Assembly: GCA_963727825.1 (NCBI GenBank)
Contig: CAVSHO010000006.1
Coordinates: 1 to 36,604 of the forward strand
Direction: 5' to 3'
Source: Ignavibacteriota bacterium
GTDB taxonomy: Bacteria; Bacteroidota; Ignavibacteria; UBA10030
DNA: 36,604 nt
The position numbers and the translations under genes were made by a program. Below are positions 18,575 to 29,194 of the stretch, one piece after another (position 1 is the first letter of the stretch; each line of letters starts with the position of its first letter). The notes beneath the pieces were generated by a model that worked only from the letters and a program-made list of their open reading frames with translations, was not told the origin of the DNA and did no database searches.

Positions 18575-19509
18575 TGAAAGTGACAGTAGATAAATCTTCT
18601 GGCTTTTGCTGGGGAGTTGTTCGGACAGTGAATATTGCAGAGAAGGAACTTGCCACCGGTGAGAAACTCTATTCGCTGGGTGATATCATTCATAATCCCG
18701 TAGAGATTGAACGGCTAAGATCTGAGGGACTTGAAACAGTTACACAAAAAAATTTGGAAAAACTCAGGGGCGCAAAGATTCTAATTCGAGCACATGGAGA
18801 ACCACCGGAGACATATAAACGCGCACAAGAACTTGGTATTAGGTTGATCGATGCGACATGTCCGGTAGTTGGAAAAGTTCAAGAACGGATTCGCCGGTTT
18901 TATGATGACGGTTATCAAGTTGTAATATTCGGTAAAATAGAACATGCTGAGGTTATTGGACTTGTGGGTCAAACGAACGGCGAAGCAATCGTTATAAAAT
19001 CGCTGAGTGAAATTGATAAAGTGAAGTTGGATCGGAAAACTGTCTTGTTCTCTCAAACAACGATGGACAAGCCGACATTTTATTCCATAAAAGAGGAATT
19101 GTCTAAAAAGATAAAAGAGCTAGTGGTTGGCTCCATTGAAGAACTTGCAACCGAATTTCTTGCAAAGGATACAATTTGCGGTCAGGTGTTTGGACGGGAA
19201 AAGAAAATTCGAGAATTTGCAGCAGAGAACCAGATTATTATTTTCGTCGCAGGCAGACATAGTTCGAATGGGAAAGTGTTATACGAAATTGTTAAATCAG
19301 TCAACTCCAGGATTCAATTTATAGAAGATGTTCAGGAACTTCAGCCGGAATGGTTTGAAGGAGTAGAAACTGTCGGTATTACCGGTGCAACTTCAACCCC
19401 GCAATGGTTGATGGAGAAAGTAAAAGATAAGATTGAAATGTTAAATAACATGATGAATTTAAGAAGTAATAAACAGCCATCTATAGTTAACGATCTAATC
19501 ACACACTAA
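18574..19509 (+). CDS. ispH: 4-hydroxy-3-methylbut-2-enyl diphosphate reductase
   Basis: GFCWGV, IIHN, RAHG, DATCP, HAEV, SQTT, DTIC, SSN, GATSTP. Confidence 0.97.
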   Translation: MKVTVDKSSGFCWGVVRTVNIAEKELATGEKLYSLGDIIHNPVEIERLRSEGLETVTQKNLEKLRGAKILIRAHGEPPETYKRAQELGIRLIDATCPVVGKVQERIRRFYDDGYQVVIFGKIEHAEVIGLVGQTNGEAIVIKSLSEIDKVKLDRKTVLFSQTTMDKPTFYSIKEELSKKIKELVVGSIEELATEFLAKDTICGQVFGREKKIREFAAENQIIIFVAGRHSSNGKVLYEIVKSVNSRIQFIEDVQELQPEWFEGVETVGITGATSTPQWLMEKVKDKIEMLNNMMNLRSNKQPSIVNDLITH

Positions 19510-19612
19510 TTAAGCGCTGAAGAGCGTTCTTCAACGATGTGAAATGGCTGGCATCGAAGAAAGCGTAATTCGGTTATTCCCGCGAGTGCGGGAAGCAGTT
19601 TTTGGAGGTTGC

Positions 19613-21385
19613 ATGTCAGATACAAATAGTTCCACAGAAAAATTCGAGGAAAGTGGGTATTCGGAAGAAGAATACAAACAACTTGAACAGCTTTATTCCG
19701 GTACGATGGGCAAGATCAATGCCGGTGAAATCGTCAAAGGGCGCGTAGTTCACATTGGCGATTCCAATGTTGCAGTTGATATTGGATTTAAATCGGAAGG
19801 TAACGTGTCGGTAAGTGAGTTCCCAAAAATTAAAGAACTCAAGATTGGCGATGAAATTGAAGTTTTCCTCGAAAGCATCGAAGATAAAGATGGTCAGCTC
19901 GTTTTATCACGTAAGCGTGCTGATTTCATGCGCATCTGGGAACGTGTCGTCAAATCATTTGAAACAGGTGAAGTGCTTAAAGGAAGATGCGTCCGCAGAA
20001 CAAAAGGCGGAATCGTTGTCGATCTTATGGGATTAGATGCTTTTTTACCGGGTTCGCAAATCGATGTTAGGCCCGTTCGTGATTTTGATGCTTTTATCGG
20101 GCGCGAAATGGATTTCCGTGTAGTTAAAGTCAATCATCCGTCAGAAAATGTTGTAGTAAGTCATAAAATTTTAGTTGAGGAAGAACTTGCCAGTCAACGC
20201 AAGACCATTCTTGATAGTCTTGAGAAAGGTCAGATTCTCGAAGGCCATGTTAAAGCGATCACCGATTTCGGTGTGTTCGTGGATCTTGGCGGTGTTGATG
20301 GCTTGGTGCATATTACGGATCTTTCATGGGGTAGAGTCAGTCATCCATCGGAGATTGTAAAATTGGATGCAACGGTCAATATTGTCGTATTAGATTTTGA
20401 TGCGGAGAAGAAGCGCATATCACTTGGAATGAAGCAGCTTCAACCGCATCCTTGGGAAAATATTGATCAGAAGTATCCAGTTGGCACAAAAATCAATGGC
20501 AAAATAGTTTCTCTAACGGATTATGGTGCATTTGTTGAAATTGAAAAAGGTATCGAAGGTCTTATACACATTTCGGAAATGAGTTGGACGCAACATATCA
20601 AACATCCATCACAAGTCGTTTCTATGGGGCAGATGGTGGATGCGATTATTCTCTCGTTAGATAAAGACGGAAAGAAAATATCGCTTGGTATGAAACAGCT
20701 TGAACCGGATCCATGGACGACACTGATGCAGAAATATCCTATTGGTTCGAAGCATATGGGTACAGTTCGCAATCTGACCAATTTTGGCGTCTTTGTTGAA
20801 CTCGAAGAAGGTGTTGATGGACTTGTGCATATTTCTGATTTATCATGGACGAGGAAAATTCGTCACCCGGGTGAAGTAGTAAAAAAAGGCGATCAACTCG
20901 AAGTTATTGTACTTTCCGTGGACATCGATCAACGCCGTATCTCTCTCGGGCATAAACAAGTGAATGAAAATCCTTGGGAAGCTTTCGAGGCGCAGTATAA
21001 AGTTGGTACAGATGTAGACGGCAAGATTGTTCGTATTATCGAGAAAGGCATTATTGTCGAAATGCCGCTTGGTGTTGATGGCTTTGTACCACTGTCACAA
21101 CTCTCGCATACTCCTGTAAAGAATATTGCTGAATCTTTTAAAGTTGGTGACGATATCCCTTTGAAGGTGATAGAGTTCGATAAAGAAAGTAAAAAGATCG
21201 TTCTCTCCGCACTTGAATATCTTCGCGGTAAGGAGCAGAAGCTTGTGGATGATTACGTTGCTAGCCATAAGCTAACACCGATGACTATGAAAGATGTTGT
21301 TTCGGCTCCTTCCAATGTAGAGAAAATGCCGGATGAACTGTCATTTGAAAGTAAGGATGAATCTGCTCCTGAAGGTTCAAACTAA
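19613..21385 (+). CDS. rpsA: 30S ribosomal protein S1
   Basis: Six S1 repeats ([22 protein letters not shown] etc.); GGAGG RBS before ATG 19613. Confidence 0.98.
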   Translation: MSDTNSSTEKFEESGYSEEEYKQLEQLYSGTMGKINAGEIVKGRVVHIGDSNVAVDIGFKSEGNVSVSEFPKIKELKIGDEIEVFLESIEDKDGQLVLSRKRADFMRIWERVVKSFETGEVLKGRCVRRTKGGIVVDLMGLDAFLPGSQIDVRPVRDFDAFIGREMDFRVVKVNHPSENVVVSHKILVEEELASQRKTILDSLEKGQILEGHVKAITDFGVFVDLGGVDGLVHITDLSWGRVSHPSEIVKLDATVNIVVLDFDAEKKRISLGMKQLQPHPWENIDQKYPVGTKINGKIVSLTDYGAFVEIEKGIEGLIHISEMSWTQHIKHPSQVVSMGQMVDAIILSLDKDGKKISLGMKQLEPDPWTTLMQKYPIGSKHMGTVRNLTNFGVFVELEEGVDGLVHISDLSWTRKIRHPGEVVKKGDQLEVIVLSVDIDQRRISLGHKQVNENPWEAFEAQYKVGTDVDGKIVRIIEKGIIVEMPLGVDGFVPLSQLSHTPVKNIAESFKVGDDIPLKVIEFDKESKKIVLSALEYLRGKEQKLVDDYVASHKLTPMTMKDVVSAPSNVEKMPDELSFESKDESAPEGSN

Positions 21386-21402
21386 CGCTTAAAGCAAACT
21401 AG

Positions 21403-21451
21403 AAAAGAGTTGTCTGCCCCGATAATTCGGGGCGGGCTGCTCTTTTTCTTT
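21403..21451 (+). terminator. Intrinsic terminator after rpsA
   Basis: AAAAGAG..CTGCCCCGA-TAAT-TCGGGGCGG..CTCTTTTTCTTT. Confidence 0.75.
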
Positions 21452-22780
21452 ATGAAGCGCATCGCATTACATACTCTTGGCTGCAAACTTAACTACGCAG
21501 AAACTGCTGCCATTGGAAAACAATTCACCTGCAATGGATACACTGTGGTAAGTATTAATGACAATGCGGATGTTGTTATAATTAATTCTTGCAGTGTGAC
21601 CGCTTCCGCAGACCGCGAATGCCGGCAATTAGTGCGGCGTGCATTACGCCATTCTCCAAATGCTTTCGTTGCTGTCGTTGGATGTTATGCTCAACTTCAG
21701 GCAGAACAACTTGCGGCAATACAAGGAGTGGATTTGGTCTTGGGATCACAAGATAAACTCTCTCTCTTCAATATTATTAATAATGGTAAAAAGAAAACAC
21801 ACGCTGATATTTTAGTTTCATGTATTGATGAAAAGAATGAATTTGAAGCGGCATCGTCAGCCGGATTTGAAGAACGAACACGTGCATTTCTAAAAGTGCA
21901 GGATGGATGCGATTATTCCTGTACCTATTGTACTGTTCCATTGGCACGAGGCAAAAGCAGAAGTGCTGCCATCCCAGAAATAATTAGACAAGCAAGAGAA
22001 GCAGTTGAGTTGGGATATAAAGAGGTTGTGCTGACAGGCGTGAATGTCGGAGATTACGGGAAAAGCAATGGCACAAATCTCCTTATGCTTCTTAAACAAC
22101 TGGCGACAGTCGATGGGTTGACGCGCATTCGCATCAGTTCTATTGAACCAAACTTGTTAACAGATGAGCTGCTTGATTTCTGGTTTGCTGAGGAAAAACT
22201 TTGCAACCATTGGCATATTCCATTGCAATCGGGGTCTGATATAGTTCTGCGTCTGATGCGAAGAAGATATTTAACCGAATTGTACACGAATCGCATTGAG
22301 CGAATTAATTCTCACATTTCGGATGCAGGCATCGGTGCTGACGTTATTGTTGGATTTTCTGGAGAGAGCGATGAGTTATTTGAGGAAACATACGAATATC
22401 TCTTAAACCTTCCTGTTACATATTTCCATGTGTTTAGCTATTCAGAAAGGCCGAATACCCCTGCGTCAGAGTTTTCTCAGAAGATAGATCCGTATATCAA
22501 AGCGGAGAGGAGTAAGAGATTGCATAATTTGAGCGATCAGAAGCGATGTGATTATTATCATAGTTTTATTGGGAAAACAGTCTCAGTCCTTTTTGAATCC
22601 GTTAATTCAGATGGATCGGTCTCGGGATTGACAGAAGCATATATCAGAGTCGATGTTAAATCAGATTCAAATTTAACAAATAATATTCTTGATGTTACAA
22701 TTCAAGAAGCTTCCGCTGAAAAATGTATTGGAATAATACCAGAACCGCATATAACATCTACGATTCGCATTGCAATCTAA
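21452..22780 (+). CDS. mtaB: tRNA t6A37 methylthiotransferase (radical SAM)
   Basis: HTLGCKLNYAE, NSCSVT, GCYAQ, LKVQDGCDYSCTYC..P.ARG, RISSIEP, HIPLQSG. Confidence 0.92.
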   Translation: MKRIALHTLGCKLNYAETAAIGKQFTCNGYTVVSINDNADVVIINSCSVTASADRECRQLVRRALRHSPNAFVAVVGCYAQLQAEQLAAIQGVDLVLGSQDKLSLFNIINNGKKKTHADILVSCIDEKNEFEAASSAGFEERTRAFLKVQDGCDYSCTYCTVPLARGKSRSAAIPEIIRQAREAVELGYKEVVLTGVNVGDYGKSNGTNLLMLLKQLATVDGLTRIRISSIEPNLLTDELLDFWFAEEKLCNHWHIPLQSGSDIVLRLMRRRYLTELYTNRIERINSHISDAGIGADVIVGFSGESDELFEETYEYLLNLPVTYFHVFSYSERPNTPASEFSQKIDPYIKAERSKRLHNLSDQKRCDYYHSFIGKTVSVLFESVNSDGSVSGLTEAYIRVDVKSDSNLTNNILDVTIQEASAEKCIGIIPEPHITSTIRIAI

Positions 22781-22793
22781 CGGGAGATTTCGT

Positions 22794-23531
22794 ATGAAAC
22801 GGTGGTCATTTATCTTAATGGCAATATTACTTTGCCTGGTGCAGCAATTGTTTGGACAAGCGCGTCCACTATCAGCATTGCTATCCAAAGACAATCAGGG
22901 TAAAATAATAACGCCAATGAATTTAGATTATTCAGATTTATCTGAATCTAAGAAATCTGTTGTGATGGCAGTTTTGGCGTCGCTAATTCTTCCAGGGATG
23001 GGCGAATTATATGCGGGATCATTTGAGTCCGGGAAATACAATCTCATCGCAGAAGGTGGTTTGTGGCTTGCCTACAGCGGATTTCAGATGCACGCTAATT
23101 GGTTGCAACAAGATGCTCAAACATTTGCAAATCAGCATGCCGGTGCAAATTTCGCTAATAAAGACGATCAATATTCTGTGAACATCGGCAATTTCAATAC
23201 AACTGATGAATACAACCAAGCGAAGTTACAAGAACGTGAATACGATCTTGTATATACAACAGACCAATACAAATGGCAGTGGGATTCAGATGCCGACCGA
23301 ACACAATTTAAAGATTTACGGATCCGTAGTGCTGAAATAAAAAATAACGCGAATTTTATCATCGGTGCGATCGTAGTAAATCATCTTTTCTCAGCATTTT
23401 CTGCAGGTTTAAAAGCTGCTGCATATAACAAGTCTCTTTCGATGATAGATAAAATAGAAATTCAAGCGTTTACATTGAACAGCGGCACGCATGTCGATGG
23501 CGTTGGCTTAAGCATATCAACAAAATTTTAA
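22794..23531 (+). CDS. Exported/membrane hypothetical protein
   Basis: Signal peptide; KKS...AVLASLILPGMGELYAG motif; C-terminal Phe. Confidence 0.75.
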   Translation: MKRWSFILMAILLCLVQQLFGQARPLSALLSKDNQGKIITPMNLDYSDLSESKKSVVMAVLASLILPGMGELYAGSFESGKYNLIAEGGLWLAYSGFQMHANWLQQDAQTFANQHAGANFANKDDQYSVNIGNFNTTDEYNQAKLQEREYDLVYTTDQYKWQWDSDADRTQFKDLRIRSAEIKNNANFIIGAIVVNHLFSAFSAGLKAAAYNKSLSMIDKIEIQAFTLNSGTHVDGVGLSISTKF

Positions 23532-23540
23532 CTCAACGCT

Positions 23541-24269
23541 ATGCCAAATATCCGGCTAATAATTGAATATGATGGCACAGACTATGTCGGCTGGCAATTT
23601 CAAATAAATGGTCGCTCTGTTCAAGAAGAGGTTGAAAAAGCGATCAAACAAATACTTCAATCGGATATCCGGATTACAGGAGGCGGTAGAACGGACGCCG
23701 GTGTGCATGCTCGCGGGCAGGTTGCCAGCTTCAGCGTAGAGCGAAATATTGAAATTGATTTATTTGCTAAGAGTTTGAACTCTGTCCTTCCGCACAATAT
23801 TGTAGTTCGAGAAGCGGCAGAAGCTCAGAATAATTTTAATGCGCGACACGATGCGAAAAAAAGACGGTACTCATATTTTATTAGTCAGACACCGACAGCA
23901 ATTCATCGTAATTACAGCTGGCAAGTATTCCAGAAGTTAGATGTTGAGTTGATGCAATCATGCGCTAAACAAATAATCGGTGAACATGGTTTTCGTTCAT
24001 TTTGCAAGGTAGAAACCGATTTACATCAACATCGTTGCACAATAAATGAGGCAGAATGGAAACAAAAAGATGGATTGTTAATATTCGAAATAACCGCAAA
24101 TCGTTTTTTGCATGGGATGGTTCGAACATTGGTTGGAACGATGGTGAATGTGGGGCGGGGATATACAAAAATAGAAGATTTTATTAATATTCTGGAAGCA
24201 AAAGATCGATCAGTTGCAGGAATGTCTGCACCTGCAAAAGGATTGTTCTTGGAAGAAATAATTTATTAA
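23541..24269 (+). CDS. truA: tRNA pseudouridine(38-40) synthase
   Basis: YDGTDYVGWQ, GRTDAGVHA, FLHGMVR, APAKGLFL. Confidence 0.97.
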   Translation: MPNIRLIIEYDGTDYVGWQFQINGRSVQEEVEKAIKQILQSDIRITGGGRTDAGVHARGQVASFSVERNIEIDLFAKSLNSVLPHNIVVREAAEAQNNFNARHDAKKRRYSYFISQTPTAIHRNYSWQVFQKLDVELMQSCAKQIIGEHGFRSFCKVETDLHQHRCTINEAEWKQKDGLLIFEITANRFLHGMVRTLVGTMVNVGRGYTKIEDFINILEAKDRSVAGMSAPAKGLFLEEIIY

Positions 24270-24270
24270 T

Positions 24271-24482
24271 TGATGTTACGCACTAATAATTTTTATTAAA
24301 GGATTATAGTTCTTTATATCATTGTCCACCTCCCTATCCCGACCCGATTTTGCATCGTGTCGGGATTTCCCCTCCCCGCCTGCTGCGGGCAGGCTCAAAC
24401 GAGGAGGGGATAAAGGAGTGGTGTACTTTGTTCTATTATATTCCATGTTTATCAGCATAAAAGATGGTTTTGCGTAAAATTA
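24271..24482 (-). mobile_element. MITE-like intergenic element, copy B (two nested hairpins)
   Basis: Ends TGATGTTACGCA / TGCGTAAAATTA; reverse complement aligns with copies A and C; nested hairpins at 24337-24365 and 24375-24393. Confidence 0.85.
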
Positions 24483-24498
24483 GTTATTAATTAACCAA

Positions 24499-25341
24499 GT
24501 GATGAAATCTGTAAAGAAAATAATACGTGATGCACTCATCAAAGGCGGATTGCTCCAGACTACGCTTTCGGAAGACGAATTGAAGCAAGTAATCGATGCG
24601 AGTTCTTTAAGCGGAACAATCGATAAGACAGAACATGAATTAATTAAAAGCGTTCTGCAATTCTCGGACATCACCGCGAAAGAAATTATGGTGCCTCGTT
24701 TGGATATTGTCGCACTCGATATTTCCATGCCGCGGGATGTGCTTGTTCGCAAGGTTATTGAAGAAGGATACTCGCGGCTGCCAGTATATAAAGGAACAAT
24801 AGACCACATCATCGGCGTAATATATAGCAAAGATTTGCTGAGTTTACTTGAACATCGTTCGCTTATAATATTGCAGGATATTGTTCGGCCCGCGCATTTC
24901 ATACCTGAATCAAAGAAAATTAGTTTACTTTTGCGGGAGTTTCAGCAGAACAAAGTACACATTGGCATTGTTGTCGATGAATATGGCGGAACTGAAGGTA
25001 TTGTGACAATGGAAGATATTGTTGAAGAAATAGTTGGAGACATACTTGATGAGTACGATGAAACGCGTAAATCGGTGGAACAATCCAGCGATGGATCGGC
25101 CATTGTAGATGCAGCTCTTTCGATTGCGGATTTTAATGTTCAATTCCGAGCTAAACTGCCTGAAGCCTCAGATTATGAGACTTTAGCAGGATACCTGCAA
25201 AAGATTACTGGAAAACTTCCGGAGGCCAATGAAGAAATTAAAACAGAGAACTTTGTCTTTACAATTCTGACCAAGAGCGCACGGCGTATTCGGCAAGTAA
25301 AAGTAAGTCCATCTATAAAATCAAATGTTGTCGAGGAATGA
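24499..25341 (+). CDS. CorC/HlyC-type CBS-domain protein (no N-terminal membrane domain)
   Basis: AKEIMVPR, YSRLPVY, VVDEYGGTEGIVTMEDIVEEIVGDI.DEYD, YETLAG. Confidence 0.9.
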   Translation: MMKSVKKIIRDALIKGGLLQTTLSEDELKQVIDASSLSGTIDKTEHELIKSVLQFSDITAKEIMVPRLDIVALDISMPRDVLVRKVIEEGYSRLPVYKGTIDHIIGVIYSKDLLSLLEHRSLIILQDIVRPAHFIPESKKISLLLREFQQNKVHIGIVVDEYGGTEGIVTMEDIVEEIVGDILDEYDETRKSVEQSSDGSAIVDAALSIADFNVQFRAKLPEASDYETLAGYLQKITGKLPEANEEIKTENFVFTILTKSARRIRQVKVSPSIKSNVVEE

Positions 25342-26003
25342 TGATGTTTCCATTGCAAGAATTATTTATTAAAATATGCGGTATTACTAATCTTGCAGAT
25401 GCAGAAATAGCATGTTTATTTGGTGCAAATGCAGTCGGATTCGTTTTCAAACAGTCCGACCAGCGATATGTTAGTCCAGAAAGGGCGGCATCAATTATTT
25501 CAAATCTACCGGAACACATTTCTAAAATTGGAGTTTTTGAAAACGCCAGTCCTCGATATATTCAGAGTATCTTAAAGAAAGTACCGCTCAGCGCCGTACA
25601 AATTTTTGGAAATATTGGGCCCGACGACCTTGTGGACTTCGATGTAAGTGTCATTAAGCAGTTTCAGCTCAACCAATCATTTAAAATAGAGGTAATGCGA
25701 AATTATTTAGTCGATGCCTTTCTCTTGAAAAATCAAAACGAGGGAATTGGAAATCAGCAGCCCAAAAAATATCATTGGGATATTGCAATCAAAGCAAAAG
25801 AATGTGGACGTGTTATTATCTCTGGAGGACTCAATCCAAATAATATCGGAGATGCAGTTCGCTTTGTACAACCTTATGGAGTAGATGTATGCGTCGGGGT
25901 AGAACATAGACTAGGAAAGCTTGATAAATCGCTTCTCCGAACATTCATCTCCAATGCTCGTAATGAAAATCTCTATTACGCAAACGATAGGAAATATGAA
26001 TGA
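25341..26003 (+). CDS. trpF: Phosphoribosylanthranilate isomerase-like protein
   Basis: IKICGITN, GFVF..S.QRYVS, IGVF, GGLNP.NI, PYGVDV..GVE; start approximate. Confidence 0.8.
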   Translation: MMFPLQELFIKICGITNLADAEIACLFGANAVGFVFKQSDQRYVSPERAASIISNLPEHISKIGVFENASPRYIQSILKKVPLSAVQIFGNIGPDDLVDFDVSVIKQFQLNQSFKIEVMRNYLVDAFLLKNQNEGIGNQQPKKYHWDIAIKAKECGRVIISGGLNPNNIGDAVRFVQPYGVDVCVGVEHRLGKLDKSLLRTFISNARNENLYYANDRKYE

Positions 26004-26331
26004 AATTACTTATTTCAACACAAAGCTATCAATCACAAATGAATCCTTCCAGAAGCATTATCCGGAGAAACACTCTTAAGCATTTTTAAATGTTAATTAT
26101 TGGAAAGCAATTAAAGCGACAATCATTTAGTCGGAATCAATTCTCAAATTGCCATCAAGAATTATTGCATTAATAAAGGCGATCTGGGAGTCTAAGAAAA
26201 TCAGCCAGCAGAATACGGCAGGTTTAAGTAGCACCAATCATTAAGCCAATGGAAATCATCACAGGTGAAGAACCGAGCACAGAGAAGTGTCTATATGATC
26301 GACGAAGATGTGCAAACCTTTCAATAATATG

Positions 26332-27550
26332 CTACTTTCGTGTTGATGAACCTTTTGTGTGCTTGGAATGAAGAGACTGTATGACATCGTGATAAACTTC
26401 GATTGTCCCATTGACAGTACGTTCCCATGAAAATGCTCCAGCCTGCTTTATGCCAGAAGCAACCAATGAAGATCGCATAGCATGATTTGAGAATATTTCC
26501 ATAATAGCTCGAGCAAGTTCGACTGGTTTGTCCGGATCAATATAAAGAGCGGCATCACCTGCGACTTCGGGAATTGAACTCAGCTTTGTTGTAATCACAG
26601 GTGTTCCAGCCGCCATGGCCTGTAGGTACAGGAAGCCCGAAACCTTCATAACGCGATGGATAAACGAACATCGTGCTCGCATGATAGAGCAAAGGAAGTT
26701 CTTCATCTGGAACATATCCCAAGAACCTAATGCGATCTCCGATGCCAAGTGCTTGCAGGGATTTCATCAACTGTAAGTATTCGCGCTGGCCAGTGATATT
26801 TCCGGCGAACACCATGAGCGGACATTTCTGCGGATTTTCTTCCAAAAGCAGTTTCAGTGCATTAAAAATGAGTCCGACGTTCTTGCGCGGATCAATTCCT
26901 CCGACATAAAGAAGAAAGTCTTCAGAAAGTTCGTAGAAGGAACGAATTTTCAATACATCTTCAGAAGTCCACTTTTGAAAAAAGCGTTTATCTACAGCGA
27001 GAGGAACAACACAAACCTTCTCTGAGGGGACAGCGAAATATTTCAGAATATCTTTTTTTGTATTATTGGAAATCGCAATGATCCTTGATGATTTATGGAA
27101 AATTCGTTTTATGATGCTATTTGCAATGTCATGCTTCAAACGTTGGGATGGGCTGTACAAGTCCTTTACCGAAAGCGGAATCGTATCCATAACGGAAACA
27201 ATATAAGGGCACCGAGTAAACATAGAGGCGTCGCCTTGGGCAAGAAAATGCGCAAGTTCGAACGAATTAGACGGAATTGAGTGCGGGAGCGTCCATTGCT
27301 CGCTTATCATTCGTGTCGCTTTCGGTTCGCACCATTTGGGAGTATGAAAAATACAGGGACGATTTCGAAAACGTTCATCCACCGCGAGACCATTTTCTAC
27401 AAGAAATATAAATTCAAGCATCGAATTCGATTCAAGTATTCCATCGATCAGATTCGAAGCATAGTGCCCGATACCACGATGTTTATGGGATTTGAATCCA
27501 TACTGTAGCCCCCTTGCATCGATAAGAATTCGTGATACTGATGATTTCAT
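26332..27550 (-). pseudogene. GT4 glycosyltransferase split by a +1 frameshift
   Basis: N-part (YVGGIDPRKN, YPSRYEGFGLPV) continues in another frame as LQAMAAGTPVITT..SSIPEVAGDAA; extra base at 26625-26626. Confidence 0.85.
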
Positions 27551-27562
27551 CGAAACGGTTTC

Positions 27563-29005
27563 CTATTGATTTCGGGCTGAAAATACAGCAGATGCCAGTT
27601 TGAGGATGTCTTGACTTTTTATGGCGCCCAGTAAAAGAAGTGCAGCGAAATAAATCGTAACACCTGCAAGTGCCAATACAACAACATGGATAATACCGCC
27701 AAAGAACACGAGCGGCAAGAGGAACAGTGAAGCACACACTACTCGCAAAAGTTTCTCGGTTTGATAAATATGGCCGAAGTGCTCTCGAACGATCACGCTC
27801 AACGAGGCGAAGCCAAGTAATTCAGTTGCAACGGTTGTGATGGATGCTCCAACCGGACCAAAATGTGGTATGAAATAAAAATTTACGATGACGTTGAATG
27901 CTGCATTAATACTCGAGATAAGGAGGACCTTTCGTTGTAAACCTATTGCACCTAAAATATGACCAAGGATATTTGTAATGGCAGCAACAGGCAGCCACCA
28001 AACAAGAATACGCAGCGATGAACTCGCCTCGGCAAACGAATCACGATACAGAAAGTGTATAACAGGACCGGCGAGCCCGGTTGTGAACACTGCAATTGGC
28101 ATCACGAACAGGAGAGAGTAAAACAACGCATTGGATGTTGCACGGACAGCTGTCTGTCGATCGGATTTATATTCTTTCGCTATCATTGGAAAAAGAGCGG
28201 TAACCACAGCCGCAGAAAATGCAGTGATACCGAAAACAATATTTGTGGCTGATCGATAAATTCCTGTTTCATGCTCACTCACAAGCATTGAAAGCATCAC
28301 GGCATCAATTTGAAAATAGATCATCACTGAGATGCTTGTTAGTGCGAATGGGAATGCTCCTTTAAAAAGTTGACCAAGAATTCTAAAGTCAAAGGAAATC
28401 GATTTCATGTAGGAATTTCGGTATGCTAAATAGAATGAATATCCAGATTGTAGAATAGCCGAAGCAAGCAAGACCTTCAGCAGGAGGATGAGATCTGCTT
28501 TCAAGAAGAGTGCTGCAAGAACAGCGACAATATCAAACGATTTTGCTGCAATCTGACTGATAGAGTCGAGTGACAGATGCTGATTGGCGCGAAAGAGGCC
28601 GGAAAACGTCCCAGTGATCGTTCGGACCGTCACGACGGCTGCAGCAATTACTATTGCGAAAAAAAGCGATGGGACGCCAGAAACAAAATAAAACGAAATG
28701 CTTATAAGAAAAATGCTGAGGAGAACAAGGCCCAATTTAACACCCAGCGCAGTGCCGGCAACCCTCCCACGCTCGCCCGGATGCATAGCAAGATGTCGAA
28801 CAATAAAGACATCAATTCCGAGATCACAGAGGGGTGTAAAAAGAGCTGCATAAGCGAGAAGAAAGTTGTAGCGTCCGAAATCGTCGACGCCAAGGTAATT
28901 CGTCAGTAATAAGATTGCAATGACGATGCCGCCCTTCGTGAGTGCCTGTGCCCCGACAAGGAAAGCGACATTGCGGGCTACAATTTTCTGAATATTGTTC
29001 TGCAT
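27563..29005 (-). CDS. Polysaccharide flippase (Wzx/MOP family)
   Basis: About 12-14 TM segments; YLGVDDFGRY, DLG, IYFQIDAVML, GIYRSA, IPHFGPVGASITT. Confidence 0.92.
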   Translation of the reverse strand: MQNNIQKIVARNVAFLVGAQALTKGGIVIAILLLTNYLGVDDFGRYNFLLAYAALFTPLCDLGIDVFIVRHLAMHPGERGRVAGTALGVKLGLVLLSIFLISISFYFVSGVPSLFFAIVIAAAVVTVRTITGTFSGLFRANQHLSLDSISQIAAKSFDIVAVLAALFLKADLILLLKVLLASAILQSGYSFYLAYRNSYMKSISFDFRILGQLFKGAFPFALTSISVMIYFQIDAVMLSMLVSEHETGIYRSATNIVFGITAFSAAVVTALFPMIAKEYKSDRQTAVRATSNALFYSLLFVMPIAVFTTGLAGPVIHFLYRDSFAEASSSLRILVWWLPVAAITNILGHILGAIGLQRKVLLISSINAAFNVIVNFYFIPHFGPVGASITTVATELLGFASLSVIVREHFGHIYQTEKLLRVVCASLFLLPLVFFGGIIHVVVLALAGVTIYFAALLLLGAIKSQDILKLASAVFSARNQ

Positions 29006-29194
29006 CGTTCTTTAATTTAAGATGGAAAAAAGTTAAATTAATTGCAAAGGAATGATTGATAAGATAAATACTTTCAGTTGACCGAAAAACATTCTTATTG
29101 CATTATTATTGGATATTCTTCGCTCATTTACTCCTTTAGCGGGGTGATAAATATCGCATAACTTGTATCGTAGTTATTAGGGATTATTTGTCTT

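Noticed and set aside
19544-19612. N-terminal extensions in the ORF track (rpsA; also cmk, mtaB, glgB, 14141, 15068, 16532)
   Set aside because: Downstream ATGs fit RBS, signal peptide or family N-termini better.
24276-24458. 60-aa ORF, and similar ORFs at 33108-33293 and 7922-8122
   Set aside because: They are translations of the repeated non-coding element.
26004-26331. 330-bp spacer between convergent trpF and GT4
   Set aside because: Hand translation and hairpin search found no recognisable remnant or structure.
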